A program made the translations under genes and the position numbers. Positions 40,609 through 51,066 of a stretch of DNA of 64,000 nt are shown here, one piece after another. Source of the DNA: Thermoplasmata archaeon (lineage in GTDB: Archaea; Thermoplasmatota; Thermoplasmata; Thermoplasmatales; Thermoplasmataceae); assembly GCA_021821635.1 (NCBI GenBank), contig JAKACH010000001.1:8304-72303 (forward strand), in the 5' to 3' direction. Positions within the stretch are counted from its first letter, which is position 1, and every line of letters starts with the position of its first letter. Under the pieces are notes generated by a model. That model ran no database searches and was not told the DNA's origin. It saw only the letters and a list, made by a program, of their open reading frames with translations.

Positions 40609-40798
40609 TAGTGCATAATGAGATACTTGGCTAAAGCTTTTCCAGCTTCATGTCTGAAGCTTATAGGGATGATGGGGCAGATATGCCAGTGGTATAATAT
40701 GTTCCTTCCTACCAAGCAATAAACGCAAGCGACCTATAGACCAAGATAACAATCAGAAAGTAAATCATTATTTTTTGTTTGGGCATAACCTCATTGCA

Positions 40799-42238
40799 AT
40801 GAAGGTCGAATTCCATAAAGTGAATAATTACAGATATTCTGCATACGATGAGAGCAGAATGAATGTCCCTGCTGAGGTATTTGCATCCGATGCAATTATG
40901 GAAGCAGCGAAGCGCGACAGTTCCCTGAACCAGCTCCTCAACATCACTTCACTGCCCGGCATCGTCGGGAGGGCAATTGCGATGCCAGATATCCACCAGG
41001 GATACGGTTTCCCAATAGGCGGAGTCGCATTATTCGACTTTGATGAAGGACTCGTCTCACCTGGTGGAGTTGGATATGACATTAATTGTGGCGTCATACT
41101 TATACGGACCGGGCTTGCCGAGAAGGAGGTCTCTCCTTACCTAAAGGATCTTGTTGATTCGCTTTTCAGGGAAATTCCTGTCGGGTTCAACAAAGCAGGA
41201 TTACGGAATGTCTCTCATCATGACCTGGAGCAAATCTGCCTTTCTGGTGTGCGCTGGTCAATTGACAAGGGATACATAGCAGACGAGGATTCGCAGAAGA
41301 TGGAAGACCGGGGATCATTGGCAGTGGAAAGCACCTCGGCAATTTCTGAAAGAGCAAAGGCAAGAGGACTGAACCAGTTGCTTTCCATAGGATCCGGCAA
41401 CCACTTTGTAGAAATACAGAAGGTGGAAAAAATATTGGACAATCCAGCAGCGTCAAAACTCGGACTTTTCGAGGGTGAAGTAATGATCATGGCCCACACT
41501 GGATCGCGTGGTCTCGGCCATCAGGTTGCAACCGATTACCTGAAAGCCCTCTCAGACAGGCCTGAAGGGGTCATTATGCACCCTGAAGACAGCCAGTTGA
41601 TGTCGGCGCATATCAAGTCAAAGATCGCTCGTGACTATCTGGAGGCAATGAACGGTGCCGCAAACTTTGCTTTTGCAAACAGATCACTTATTCTTTGGAA
41701 GGTGAGGCAGATTTTTTCCCAGGTTTTCCATATTCCCAAGGATGATACATCAATTCAGCTGGTATATGCCATCTCGCATAACATGGCAAAAATCGAGGAT
41801 CACATTATTTCCGGCAAACGGCAGAAAGTGATCATTCACCGCAAAGGAGCCACCAGGGCATTTTCATCTGAAAATCCCTCAGTACAAGGGATATTTAAGG
41901 AAACAGGTCAGCCCGTGATAGTACCCGGTGACATGGGCACAGCCTCCTATCTCCTGACTGCAAGCAAAGGGAACGACGCAATATCGTATGAATCATCTTG
42001 TCACGGGGCAGGAAGGACTATGAGCAGACACCAGGCAACTTCCAGATTCACTTACACCGAAGTATCTGGCAACCTTGAATCCATGGGGATCGAGGTCAGG
42101 TCTGCCAGTAAAAAAGGCCTTGTCGAGGAAGCTCCAGGGAGTTACAAGGACATAGAAGGAGTGATAGAAGTCATATCAAGATCTGAAATATCGAAGCCTA
42201 CCTGCAGGCTCAAGCCGCTTGGGGTGATTAAGGGATGA
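40799..42238 (+). CDS. rtcB: tRNA-splicing/RNA repair ligase RtcB
   Basis: MPDIHQGYGFPIG, GYDINCG, GSGNHF, HTGSRG, HN, HRKGA, PGDMG, CHGAGR and EEAP..YK. No intein. Confidence 0.97.
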   Translation: MKVEFHKVNNYRYSAYDESRMNVPAEVFASDAIMEAAKRDSSLNQLLNITSLPGIVGRAIAMPDIHQGYGFPIGGVALFDFDEGLVSPGGVGYDINCGVILIRTGLAEKEVSPYLKDLVDSLFREIPVGFNKAGLRNVSHHDLEQICLSGVRWSIDKGYIADEDSQKMEDRGSLAVESTSAISERAKARGLNQLLSIGSGNHFVEIQKVEKILDNPAASKLGLFEGEVMIMAHTGSRGLGHQVATDYLKALSDRPEGVIMHPEDSQLMSAHIKSKIARDYLEAMNGAANFAFANRSLILWKVRQIFSQVFHIPKDDTSIQLVYAISHNMAKIEDHIISGKRQKVIIHRKGATRAFSSENPSVQGIFKETGQPVIVPGDMGTASYLLTASKGNDAISYESSCHGAGRTMSRHQATSRFTYTEVSGNLESMGIEVRSASKKGLVEEAPGSYKDIEGVIEVISRSEISKPTCRLKPLGVIKG

Positions 42239-43266
42239 CAATCCAGATAAGAACCACCGAGGTATCAGGTCATATATTCTGGCAACACAGAATGCAGAAG
42301 GGAACACTCAAATTAGACGGAGAAAACCTTGTCTTTTCAAGGAATATACCAAACTCGCCAGCTTTTACTGGCACAGTGATCCCTGCCCCATTCAATTCCC
42401 ATGTGCACATTTCGGACTCATTCATTAAAGATGAACCACCATCAAATCTTCGTGAGTCTGTAGGACCCGGCGGCTTCAAACATGCATCTCTCAATAGGGC
42501 AAGCAGTTCTGAAAAGGAGAAAGGAATAAGAGAATCATTAGAGGTAATGAACAGAACAGGCAGCTTTGGTTTCTGTGATTTCAGGGAAGATGGTGTTGAT
42601 GGCACAAAACTTGGAAGAAACATGGGAAAAGATCAGGTAAAGGTCATACTTGGGCGGCCTAGGAATATCGGAGAGATAGAGCAGGTACTCAGGTCTTCCG
42701 ACGGCATAGCAATGAGCTCTATTATCGATGATAACTCCGAGCTTTTAAGATTGTCTGCAGTCAGGGCGCACAGGGATGGAAAATTGTTTGCTTTGCACCT
42801 CAGCGAAGCCGAAAGGGAGGACGCATCTGCGGCAATCCTATTAAATCCGGATTTCCTTGTGCATTGTGGATTCTGTAGCCATTCTGATCTAGCTATGATC
42901 AGCAAAAAGGGTATTTCTATCGCAATTACTCCAAGATCAAATGTATTTTACGGCATCAGGGTGGATTACTCCCGGTTCATTGAAGCCGGAATAAACGTTA
43001 TGTTGGGCACCGATAACTGCATGGTTGTAAACCCTGATTTATTTGCTGAGATGAGCTTTTTGTACCTAAATGCAAAGTACACAAAAAGGATAGATCCTGA
43101 GACAATAATATCGATTGCGACCCTTAACTGGCGGAAAACTTTCTCTATTGCCAATGCCGTACTTAAAAATAAATTTCTCTTTTTCAGATCAAAGCTTATG
43201 ACACCGTATGAGGTGGTTATGCGTTCTTCAGGCGAAAAATTTTCGCGAATTGAAATGAAATACTGA
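42235..43266 (+). CDS. amidohydrolase family protein
   Basis: NSHVH.SD, LHLSE, LVH, PRSN and LGTDN. ATGA overlap with rtcB. Confidence 0.9.
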   Translation: MTIQIRTTEVSGHIFWQHRMQKGTLKLDGENLVFSRNIPNSPAFTGTVIPAPFNSHVHISDSFIKDEPPSNLRESVGPGGFKHASLNRASSSEKEKGIRESLEVMNRTGSFGFCDFREDGVDGTKLGRNMGKDQVKVILGRPRNIGEIEQVLRSSDGIAMSSIIDDNSELLRLSAVRAHRDGKLFALHLSEAEREDASAAILLNPDFLVHCGFCSHSDLAMISKKGISIAITPRSNVFYGIRVDYSRFIEAGINVMLGTDNCMVVNPDLFAEMSFLYLNAKYTKRIDPETIISIATLNWRKTFSIANAVLKNKFLFFRSKLMTPYEVVMRSSGEKFSRIEMKY

Positions 43267-43370
43267 CCTCACTAAGGATGCCTAAAAATTGCCATTTTGG
43301 GGTTTTAGAGGAACAATCTCGAGTGTTATAAGGCGGTCAAAAACGTTTATATTATGTTTTTTACTTCCCC

Positions 43371-46292
43371 GTGAAGAGGACGATCCTATTGAAAAGGAAC
43401 ATAATAATAGCGATATTACTAACGACAATGATGCTGCTTGGAGCAGTCGTCATTACTAGTAATTCCTACGCAGTAACACCGAAAACAGGGATAGTAAATG
43501 AGCACATATTTTATGCGGAGAATGGAAACACAATATCCAATGCAAACGCCTCAACTGTTACAAATATATACAATTACCAGGGAGTCCTCGTATCAAGTTC
43601 AACAGGAGCTAGCGTTTCATTTAATCTTACATATGGAAGCTACCAGCTCGTCGTTCAGCCACTCTTTGGTAACGTTGCAGGATTTGGTTATGTAATTGCC
43701 AGCCAGCTTTACTATAATCTGACAGTTGGTAAAGCAACCACATTGCTGAACCTGACAGTTCCTGTGGCTTCAACATCAACACATAGCTTCTCCATTACTG
43801 GATTGTCTCCATCAAGTGCAACCGTATCTTTCATAGATTCCAGTGGATTTGTTTTCAATACAATAACCACGAATGGTACCGCAAGGAATGTCAGCCTCCC
43901 GAGTGGACCACTTACTGTCAGGGTATACTATGATGGTGCATACTTCCAGTACAGCGTGAACGTAGTCGGCACATCTCCTGTATCTGTCTCAATAACTGGG
44001 CAGCAAGATATATTCGGCTATGTGACAAGCAGCACAGGCGCAACGATCAGCTCAGTAAATGTTGTGGTGCTAAACAAGACCTCGCTTTCATATAACACAC
44101 AGCAGTTCACTGGTGATCAGTACACCGTCTTCTCAAACAACTGGACAGACAGTGTTGTTGTGATATCATCGCCGGGATACGCTCCATACCAGTTGTATCC
44201 AGTCAAGGCGGGACCAAATTCAGTGGTTCTTACGCCGTCAAACTCAACGATAACCACATCATATGCACTGTCTAAGAACCCATCATACCTTAATGTCTCC
44301 ATAACATATTCTCTGAGTAACTCTACACCAATTCCAAATCTACCGAACGCCAGTGTAGGTTCACTTTACTGGCAGGAGATCCTTGATCATTTCACCACTT
44401 CTTATCTCAATACCTACCTGACCTCACAGTTTCTTAACTATACCAACTCCACAATAATGGTTGGTTCCTACAACTACGCGTTGCAAACAGCAAAAGTGAG
44501 CGGATCCGTGACACTTACTGCATCCACTTTCTCTGCGACAGTTGATGCTGCGTATTACAACAACGCGGTTACTACTTCTGTATACAAGCCGCCTCTGGCT
44601 GTTAAGATATACGGTCTTGCAACAGTCAATGAACCTGGAAAACTGCAGTATCTTTACCAGTTCTCATACAGTAACTCAAGTCTTGGACTTGCAAGTTCTT
44701 CTGTTACTGTGACATCATACACCTCACCAATCAAAGTCAGCGCTTTATCCTCCACAGGATTTTTCACACTGAACTTTGGGTCCCTGAAACTTCCTACTTT
44801 CATAAATGCAAACATGGGCCTGTCCTGGAAGGGCCTTACCTCAAGTCAGTACATGCTTAACTCCACCCAGAAAAACACAGTATTTGTCGTCCCGACGAAC
44901 ACATCAGTTTCTATCAATGTCTCAAACGCTTTCTACAACCCTGTTACTGGGCAGAGTAACTACCTCTTTTCCAACTTCACCTGGACAATAAATGGAAAAA
45001 GCGTTGTTTATGGCTACAATATTTCATATAACTTTGGAACCACATTGAAGAGCACTGTGAACATAACAGGTGTCAGTGCTTCGAACCAGACAAACAAGAC
45101 ATCTTTCACTGTTTATGCATATGATGGAACACCGCTTGCAAACTATACAATAAGTTACAGCGGTAAGTCTCCTTACAGAGGAAACACCTCCACAACGTCA
45201 ACCTCACCGGTTCCGATATCTGTTCCACAGCTTACTCCAATATCTTTCAGCGCATACAATTCTTCCCTTACCATACCGGGAACAAGCTACAAGATGTTCC
45301 TTGAATACAACTGGAACTTTACAAACTTCACATCTGCATCGCCTAACGCAACCAACAGGTTCCCCACCCCTACACTGAATGGAACAACTCTTCCAGGAAA
45401 CCTGACGGTTACTGGAGTCACAGGCGGATCCACAAAAGTGTACTTTGCAGTCAATGTAACAGTAACTACGCCACCATCACCGGCAATAAATGTCTACAAT
45501 GTGACAAACACAAAGCTTTCCATAATCAACCCGGTATCCGGTGTTAGTGTACTGCTTTCGGGTAACGCCACAACTGATCCATATTTCCCCATCTCGGAAC
45601 TTTCATTCAACTGGTCATTCTCATACCAGAATGGCACAAAGATTGGATACAATTCAGCAGCTATTCCATTTGTATCCGGAAGTTTCAATGGCACATGGGT
45701 AGTTGTTAAATTCAACACTCTGCAGAACGTGGTTGTGACTCTAAAGGTTACACATAATGGCGTCTCAGGTTACTTGAACAGAACGCTTACAATGCTTGTT
45801 AACACACCAAGGCTTGTGGTGAACTCGATCTACGTGGCTGGAAAGCTTGTACAGGGGAGCACCTCAACTATATACATCAATGTTACTAACAAGGGAAATG
45901 AAAACACGACAAACTTCAAGATCTGGATAGTTGTCAACGGAGTCACTGTTGCACAGCAGACATATACCAATGAACCACTCAACGTGTCTCAGACCAGAAA
46001 CCTGTCTTTCAACTGGTCTCCAAACCTCAAGGGAAGCCTGAATATCGAAGTTCTTGCCAACAATACAAGCGAACCGACATACTTTAACCAACTGGGTGCG
46101 TACACCACAACAGTATCTGTCTCTCCCCCGGCCTATACCACTCCGCTGATTGTTATAGGTATAATTGCTGTTATAGTGGTAATATTCCTGGGATACTACA
46201 GGTTTGCAACAAGAGGATCAAGAGCGTCAAAGACCGAGACGAAACCAAAGATTCAGATCCCCGAGCAGAAGAAGCTGGAAAAGAAAAAATAA
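43371..46292 (+). CDS. large cell-surface glycoprotein with PKD/CARDB-like domains and C-terminal TM anchor
   Basis: Signal peptide, S/T/N-rich beta repeats (Y.WNF, FNWSF), CARDB-like V.N.G...F.WSP segment, TM and Lys-rich tail. Confidence 0.85.
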   Translation: MKRTILLKRNIIIAILLTTMMLLGAVVITSNSYAVTPKTGIVNEHIFYAENGNTISNANASTVTNIYNYQGVLVSSSTGASVSFNLTYGSYQLVVQPLFGNVAGFGYVIASQLYYNLTVGKATTLLNLTVPVASTSTHSFSITGLSPSSATVSFIDSSGFVFNTITTNGTARNVSLPSGPLTVRVYYDGAYFQYSVNVVGTSPVSVSITGQQDIFGYVTSSTGATISSVNVVVLNKTSLSYNTQQFTGDQYTVFSNNWTDSVVVISSPGYAPYQLYPVKAGPNSVVLTPSNSTITTSYALSKNPSYLNVSITYSLSNSTPIPNLPNASVGSLYWQEILDHFTTSYLNTYLTSQFLNYTNSTIMVGSYNYALQTAKVSGSVTLTASTFSATVDAAYYNNAVTTSVYKPPLAVKIYGLATVNEPGKLQYLYQFSYSNSSLGLASSSVTVTSYTSPIKVSALSSTGFFTLNFGSLKLPTFINANMGLSWKGLTSSQYMLNSTQKNTVFVVPTNTSVSINVSNAFYNPVTGQSNYLFSNFTWTINGKSVVYGYNISYNFGTTLKSTVNITGVSASNQTNKTSFTVYAYDGTPLANYTISYSGKSPYRGNTSTTSTSPVPISVPQLTPISFSAYNSSLTIPGTSYKMFLEYNWNFTNFTSASPNATNRFPTPTLNGTTLPGNLTVTGVTGGSTKVYFAVNVTVTTPPSPAINVYNVTNTKLSIINPVSGVSVLLSGNATTDPYFPISELSFNWSFSYQNGTKIGYNSAAIPFVSGSFNGTWVVVKFNTLQNVVVTLKVTHNGVSGYLNRTLTMLVNTPRLVVNSIYVAGKLVQGSTSTIYINVTNKGNENTTNFKIWIVVNGVTVAQQTYTNEPLNVSQTRNLSFNWSPNLKGSLNIEVLANNTSEPTYFNQLGAYTTTVSVSPPAYTTPLIVIGIIAVIVVIFLGYYRFATRGSRASKTETKPKIQIPEQKKLEKKK

Positions 46293-46294
46293 TC

Positions 46295-46316
46295 ATGGGT
46301 GTTTTTTTTAACCCAT
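46295..46316 (+). terminator. putative terminator
   Basis: T8 tract inside an ATGGGT/ACCCAT inverted repeat directly after the stop codon. Confidence 0.5.
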
Positions 46317-46489
46317 ATTCATAATTTTATTTACTTGAATCAAAGATAGTTTTGATGAAGTTTCTCTCGGATCATTCTTTTTGGAATTGAATGCACTGTT
46401 CCCTGTCCGTAAATTGACACCTGATTCTGTTCAATCTTTACACAATCTTGACAAGATGCTACTTTTGGTCAAAAAGATCCCAACGAAAC

Positions 46490-48136
46490 CTACATCTCGT
46501 CAAGCAGATTTATTCCGACCAGGTAGCACGCATCCTGAAGAACATGCCTGTAAATATTGACGATCTTGGCTCTCTTCACCTCATGCTCACCCGATCCGAC
46601 AACCCTGCAATTGTTGTAAAAGTCATTAAATGAACGCACTAGTTCCAGCAGGTATGAAGCGATAGGATCTACTCGAAGGCCATCCTTTGCAGCCTGAAGT
46701 GAGTAGGGATACAGGTAGAGCATCCGGAGCAGGGAGCGCTCGTACTGATCAAAGACATTGCTTGTTTCGCCGTCAGTACTGGCTTCCTTCAGTATCTTGG
46801 TGGTTCTTGCGTATGAATACATGATATACGGTGCCGAATCCCCCTCAAGGTTGAGAGCTTCCGACCACTTGAATACCAGCTCTTTTCCAAGGTTTATCTT
46901 GGCAATCTGGAACCTGATAGCAGATACTGCCACAGCGTTTGCAATTTTGCGCAGATCCCCGTCAGGCAGGTCTGGCCTCTTTGACTTTACAATCTCGAGG
47001 GCATTCTGCTCTGCCTTCTCAATCAGCTCGTCAAGTGTCACGACGTTTCCGGATCTGGTTGACATTTTGCCGCTGTCAAGAGAGATAAAGCTGTAGAATA
47101 CAAAAGATATCTTGGAGCGCAGGTTCACCATGTCCTGAAGGATTTCAACAAGGGATTTTGCATAGTCCCGGTGATCTTCGCCTAAAACGTCGATAAGCCA
47201 GTCATAATTCAGTGACTTGAACTTATGATAGGCGAGATCCCGCAGGGTATAGAGAGATGTGCCATCCGCCCTTCGCAGGAAGACCTTAGATCCATTGCTG
47301 AGTTCTATGAACTGTGCATCATTTTCGCTTTTTATGTTGTCGGAAAGTGAGGAAAGAACATCATCCATCTCCTGACTCTTTAAAAATCCTGATTCCCACA
47401 CGTAATCGTCAATCTTTATCCCAATCCTTGAGAGGGATGTGGTTATTCCTTTGAGCATCACTGTGCATATTTCATGTACTTCCCTTACCACAGTTGGCTC
47501 TCCGGACTCATACTTCTTGATCAGTGCTTCTATCTCCTTCTCCTTGCTCTTATCCTCTTCTATTTCCCGATAAACCTTCCTGTAACCTTCTAAAAGGTGC
47601 TGAATATCTATTATCCTGCTGGGTGACTTAAGGTAACCAAGGTAAAGACCCATTACCTGCTTCCCGGTATCATTGACGAAATATTGTGTCGTTACTCGGT
47701 ACCCGTAGCGCTTAAGGATCCTGGCGAGGGAATCACCAACGATCGAGTTCCTTGCCCTGCCGATGTGAATTGGGCCAGTTGGGTTCGTACTGGTATGTTC
47801 AACCAGAACACGGTCCGGGTCCTGGAAAGTATCCGGGAAGATGCCCTTCTCTTTCAGAGAAGTATCCATTATATCCAGATATGATCGCTCCCTTATCTTG
47901 ATGTTGAGATATTTCCCATCTAAACTAACGGAAGAGACATATTTCTCCTTGCCCAATTCATTCAATAAACCTTGCATCAACTTTTCAAATCCAGGCTTGC
48001 CGGAAAAACGGAAAAGTTTCAGGGAGAAATCTGCATGTCCGGTCCTATCAGTATCAAGGTCTTTAGCGCTGACATCAAGCGCCAGACTCCTGCATGTACG
48101 AATAATCGAATCCCTGATATCGTCAAAGAGCAGCAC
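46490..48136 (-). CDS. argS: arginine--tRNA ligase
   Basis: EHTSTNPTGPIHIGRARN, DGTSLY..RDLAYH, KMSTRSG and PYIMYSYAR. Confidence 0.97.
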   Translation of the reverse strand: MLLFDDIRDSIIRTCRSLALDVSAKDLDTDRTGHADFSLKLFRFSGKPGFEKLMQGLLNELGKEKYVSSVSLDGKYLNIKIRERSYLDIMDTSLKEKGIFPDTFQDPDRVLVEHTSTNPTGPIHIGRARNSIVGDSLARILKRYGYRVTTQYFVNDTGKQVMGLYLGYLKSPSRIIDIQHLLEGYRKVYREIEEDKSKEKEIEALIKKYESGEPTVVREVHEICTVMLKGITTSLSRIGIKIDDYVWESGFLKSQEMDDVLSSLSDNIKSENDAQFIELSNGSKVFLRRADGTSLYTLRDLAYHKFKSLNYDWLIDVLGEDHRDYAKSLVEILQDMVNLRSKISFVFYSFISLDSGKMSTRSGNVVTLDELIEKAEQNALEIVKSKRPDLPDGDLRKIANAVAVSAIRFQIAKINLGKELVFKWSEALNLEGDSAPYIMYSYARTTKILKEASTDGETSNVFDQYERSLLRMLYLYPYSLQAAKDGLRVDPIASYLLELVRSFNDFYNNCRVVGSGEHEVKRAKIVNIYRHVLQDACYLVGINLLDEM

Positions 48137-48179
48137 GCGTCTTCATGATCGGGCTGTATAAATCATTTTCTTACATTGC

Positions 48180-49433
48180 TCAGAGAAACTCGACACCAGC
48201 GCCCAGTCTTTTGAGATCCGACAGAAAAGAAGGATAGCTTTTTGCTATCTTTTCCACGTTGGAATGCATTACAGGTTTGCCAGAGGCAATTCCAGCGATA
48301 ATCCCTGCCATGATCATCCTGTGTTCAGTGAACGCAAGTAATTCCGGATGTCTGACTGAATCGCCTTTTCTGATGAAAAGAAGATCACCTGAATCCTGGA
48401 TCCTTGATCCGAAAGCCTGTGCGAGTCTCTTTATGTCGGCATACCTGTCACTTTCCTTCCCTCGGAGCCTTCCTGGATTCATAATACGGCACCCTTTTTC
48501 AGAGAACATTCCAAGGACGGCAAGAGGCGGTGCTAGATCCGGGTTAGAAGATGCATCGACTGTAATCTGCTCCAGTTGCCTTTTGGAGGCAGCATAAGAA
48601 TCCACTTTGGCCGCATCACTATTGCATGGAATCATTTGCAGGACTGCAGAATCCGGCTGGTCGGAATTATGTTGCAGCCCATGAATTACGATGCCGTCCG
48701 GAGAGCAAAGGAGTCCGGCCGCAAACAGAAAACCCGCCGCAGAATAATCACCATCCGCGGAAAGGCTAAGCGGCGCATGATTAAATTCGCCTGTTACCAT
48801 GAAACCATTCTCTGTTTCCCTGACTTCAGGTCCAAATCTTGAAAGTATGCTTGCGGTGAGGTTCACATATCCGCTTGATACAATCCTGTCACTGATCATG
48901 ACGGTGCCCCCGCCGCCAATCATTGACTGAAACAATATAGAAGCGCTGACAAACTGCGAACTTTCAGATCCATCAATCCTGATCTTGCCACTTGTAATTC
49001 CGGATCCGTCAAGATGAAGAGTTAGATCATCCACACGGTAAGTCAACCCCCTTTCCGATAGTGCGACGAGGAGAGGGCGAATTGGTCTCCCGGCCAACTG
49101 TCTGCTTAATTCAATATCAACTATAGACCGCTTCCCAGAAAGTAAACCTACCGCAAGGCGATATGAAGTTCCTGACTCTCCTGCAAATATCCTATCAGGA
49201 TGCCTGAATTCACCCTGCACCCTCAAGGAATTTTTGGAAGTGCTCACATTAAGACCACATTTCTTGGCGATCTCAATTGAGATCAGATCATCGTCGCAAA
49301 AGGCAACATTACCAAGCGCAAGCGTCGTGCTGCTGAAAGCTGATATCAACACGGCTCTCTGAGTGAAACTTTTGGATCCCGGGGCAGTAACTTCTCCATG
49401 AAGATCGCCAGGCGAAACAACCACCGAGGTCAA
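48180..49433 (-). CDS. aroA: 3-phosphoshikimate 1-carboxyvinyltransferase
   Basis: PGSKS..QR, GESGT..R, SSQFVSA, PDL, R.KESDR, HRM and KSYPSF. Confidence 0.93.
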   Translation of the reverse strand: MTSVVVSPGDLHGEVTAPGSKSFTQRAVLISAFSSTTLALGNVAFCDDDLISIEIAKKCGLNVSTSKNSLRVQGEFRHPDRIFAGESGTSYRLAVGLLSGKRSIVDIELSRQLAGRPIRPLLVALSERGLTYRVDDLTLHLDGSGITSGKIRIDGSESSQFVSASILFQSMIGGGGTVMISDRIVSSGYVNLTASILSRFGPEVRETENGFMVTGEFNHAPLSLSADGDYSAAGFLFAAGLLCSPDGIVIHGLQHNSDQPDSAVLQMIPCNSDAAKVDSYAASKRQLEQITVDASSNPDLAPPLAVLGMFSEKGCRIMNPGRLRGKESDRYADIKRLAQAFGSRIQDSGDLLFIRKGDSVRHPELLAFTEHRMIMAGIIAGIASGKPVMHSNVEKIAKSYPSFLSDLKRLGAGVEFL

Positions 49434-50245
49434 TTAAATTTCACCATAGCCTTTGTATTGCTGAGTCTGGTCATTATAACTTCATATCTTCTCGAAGGAA
49501 AATTCCTTGCAGCATTGATTAGATCCTCATGATTATCGTAAATTGCAAACATTGCGGGCCCCTTCCCTGAAATAGATGAGTAGGTTGCACCACTCCTCTG
49601 AAGATAAGACAGTATCTCACTATTGTAACCGAGTATGTTACCCAGAATCAAACCATTCAACACCATTGCCTCGTAATAAAAACCATCTTCAACCAATCCC
49701 CTCAATGGTTCAAATGAATTTGCGGCATTCTTGATTGATGCTTGATCTAACTTGGATGTCACCCGCCTCACATTCTTTGGATAGCAAACAAGAACGTCTC
49801 TCTCCTTTACCGGACGGTGAATGAGCATCTCGTCTTTATTGTTATCTGTCAGGGTTACTCCACCGTACAGGGCGCAGTATATATCATCAATAGCACCCGT
49901 AAGTGATGTGCCATTTGCCCTTGAACACTTTGCGGCGACAGCAGGGACGTCGGCCAGATCCTTCTCGTGATAATGAAAAAACCCGAGAACAACAGCCAGA
50001 GTCAGGGCGCTGCTGCTCTTAAGGCCGACAGCTCTGGGTATTCTGCTTCTTATACGAACATAAGGGTGATATTCCATACCATACATCCTGTTAAGAAGGT
50101 CAAATGTCTTTTCAATGGCAACAGTGTTTTTCCTGTCATGATCCAGAAACTCCACATCGAGTGGTAGATTAACCCCTATTGCTGCTCCTATCCCGTTTGC
50201 AAATGCAGAAATTACGGAGAGGCCGCCATGTGTTGTGACCTTCAA
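49430..50245 (-). CDS. aroK: archaeal shikimate kinase (GHMP family)
   Basis: IP..VGLKSSSA, S.TGA.DD, GG..LTDN and SGKGP. Confidence 0.92.
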   Translation of the reverse strand: MKVTTHGGLSVISAFANGIGAAIGVNLPLDVEFLDHDRKNTVAIEKTFDLLNRMYGMEYHPYVRIRSRIPRAVGLKSSSALTLAVVLGFFHYHEKDLADVPAVAAKCSRANGTSLTGAIDDIYCALYGGVTLTDNNKDEMLIHRPVKERDVLVCYPKNVRRVTSKLDQASIKNAANSFEPLRGLVEDGFYYEAMVLNGLILGNILGYNSEILSYLQRSGATYSSISGKGPAMFAIYDNHEDLINAARNFPSRRYEVIMTRLSNTKAMVKFN

Positions 50246-51066
50246 GGTGAAATCCCTCTGAACTTCCGGAACTCCTTTCTGAACAGGTCTTCGACCTTCT
50301 TGCCTGAAATATCAAACATTTTTTCAAGAGTAGCGAGGCCCTGTCCTATAAACATCTCCTCGCCGTTAATAACCCTCCATCCGTTCTCCTCCATTATCTT
50401 AAGGAACATGGTTCTGGGTGGATTGTAAACCAGATCAATTGCAACTCCACTTTTTGCCCTGTGCGGCGGGGGAGGCGGAAGAACCCTCTCCACCGATTCA
50501 GGAGTGCAGTTTACCACAATATCGCATAACCTGAACATATCGGAGTAAGAAATGACGGGATAGTCGAGATCATAGGCTTCCAGCTTCCTCTCAGTCAACT
50601 CTGGATCCCTGCTTGCAACGTGCAGAGACGCCGGCGAGTATCTGCCTGATATGGCATGCATCACGCTTCTTGCAGCCCCGCCTGAACCGACTATCACCAC
50701 ATTCATGTCGTCGAGGCATACCTTGTTCCTCTCAATGAGACTCTCAAACCCAGCCACGTCAAGGTTGTCCCCTGTAATCCGGCTACCGGAAAAACTCAGA
50801 AGGTTTACAGACTGCGTCTTTCCTGCCGCAGGCGAAAGCCTGTCGCAGAAGTCCAGGACAGTGTTCTTGTGTGGTGATGTTACGTTCAGAGCGAAAAAAT
50901 GATCTCCCGCACGTTTAAGAAATGGCGCCAGATTGCCCGGCGCCAGGTCAATAGCGGCATAGAAAGCATCTACAGCCATCTCACTGAATATACTGTTATA
51001 AACAAACTGGCCCGCTGACTGGGATACCGGCCTTCCTATCAATCCTACTAATTTTCCTTCAGCCAT
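50242..51066 (-). CDS. aroE: shikimate dehydrogenase
   Basis: NVTSPHK, SVN, GDNLD..G, GSGGAAR, VNCTP, DLVYNP and G.EM...Q. Confidence 0.9.
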   Translation of the reverse strand: MAEGKLVGLIGRPVSQSAGQFVYNSIFSEMAVDAFYAAIDLAPGNLAPFLKRAGDHFFALNVTSPHKNTVLDFCDRLSPAAGKTQSVNLLSFSGSRITGDNLDVAGFESLIERNKVCLDDMNVVIVGSGGAARSVMHAISGRYSPASLHVASRDPELTERKLEAYDLDYPVISYSDMFRLCDIVVNCTPESVERVLPPPPPHRAKSGVAIDLVYNPPRTMFLKIMEENGWRVINGEEMFIGQGLATLEKMFDISGKKVEDLFRKEFRKFRGISP

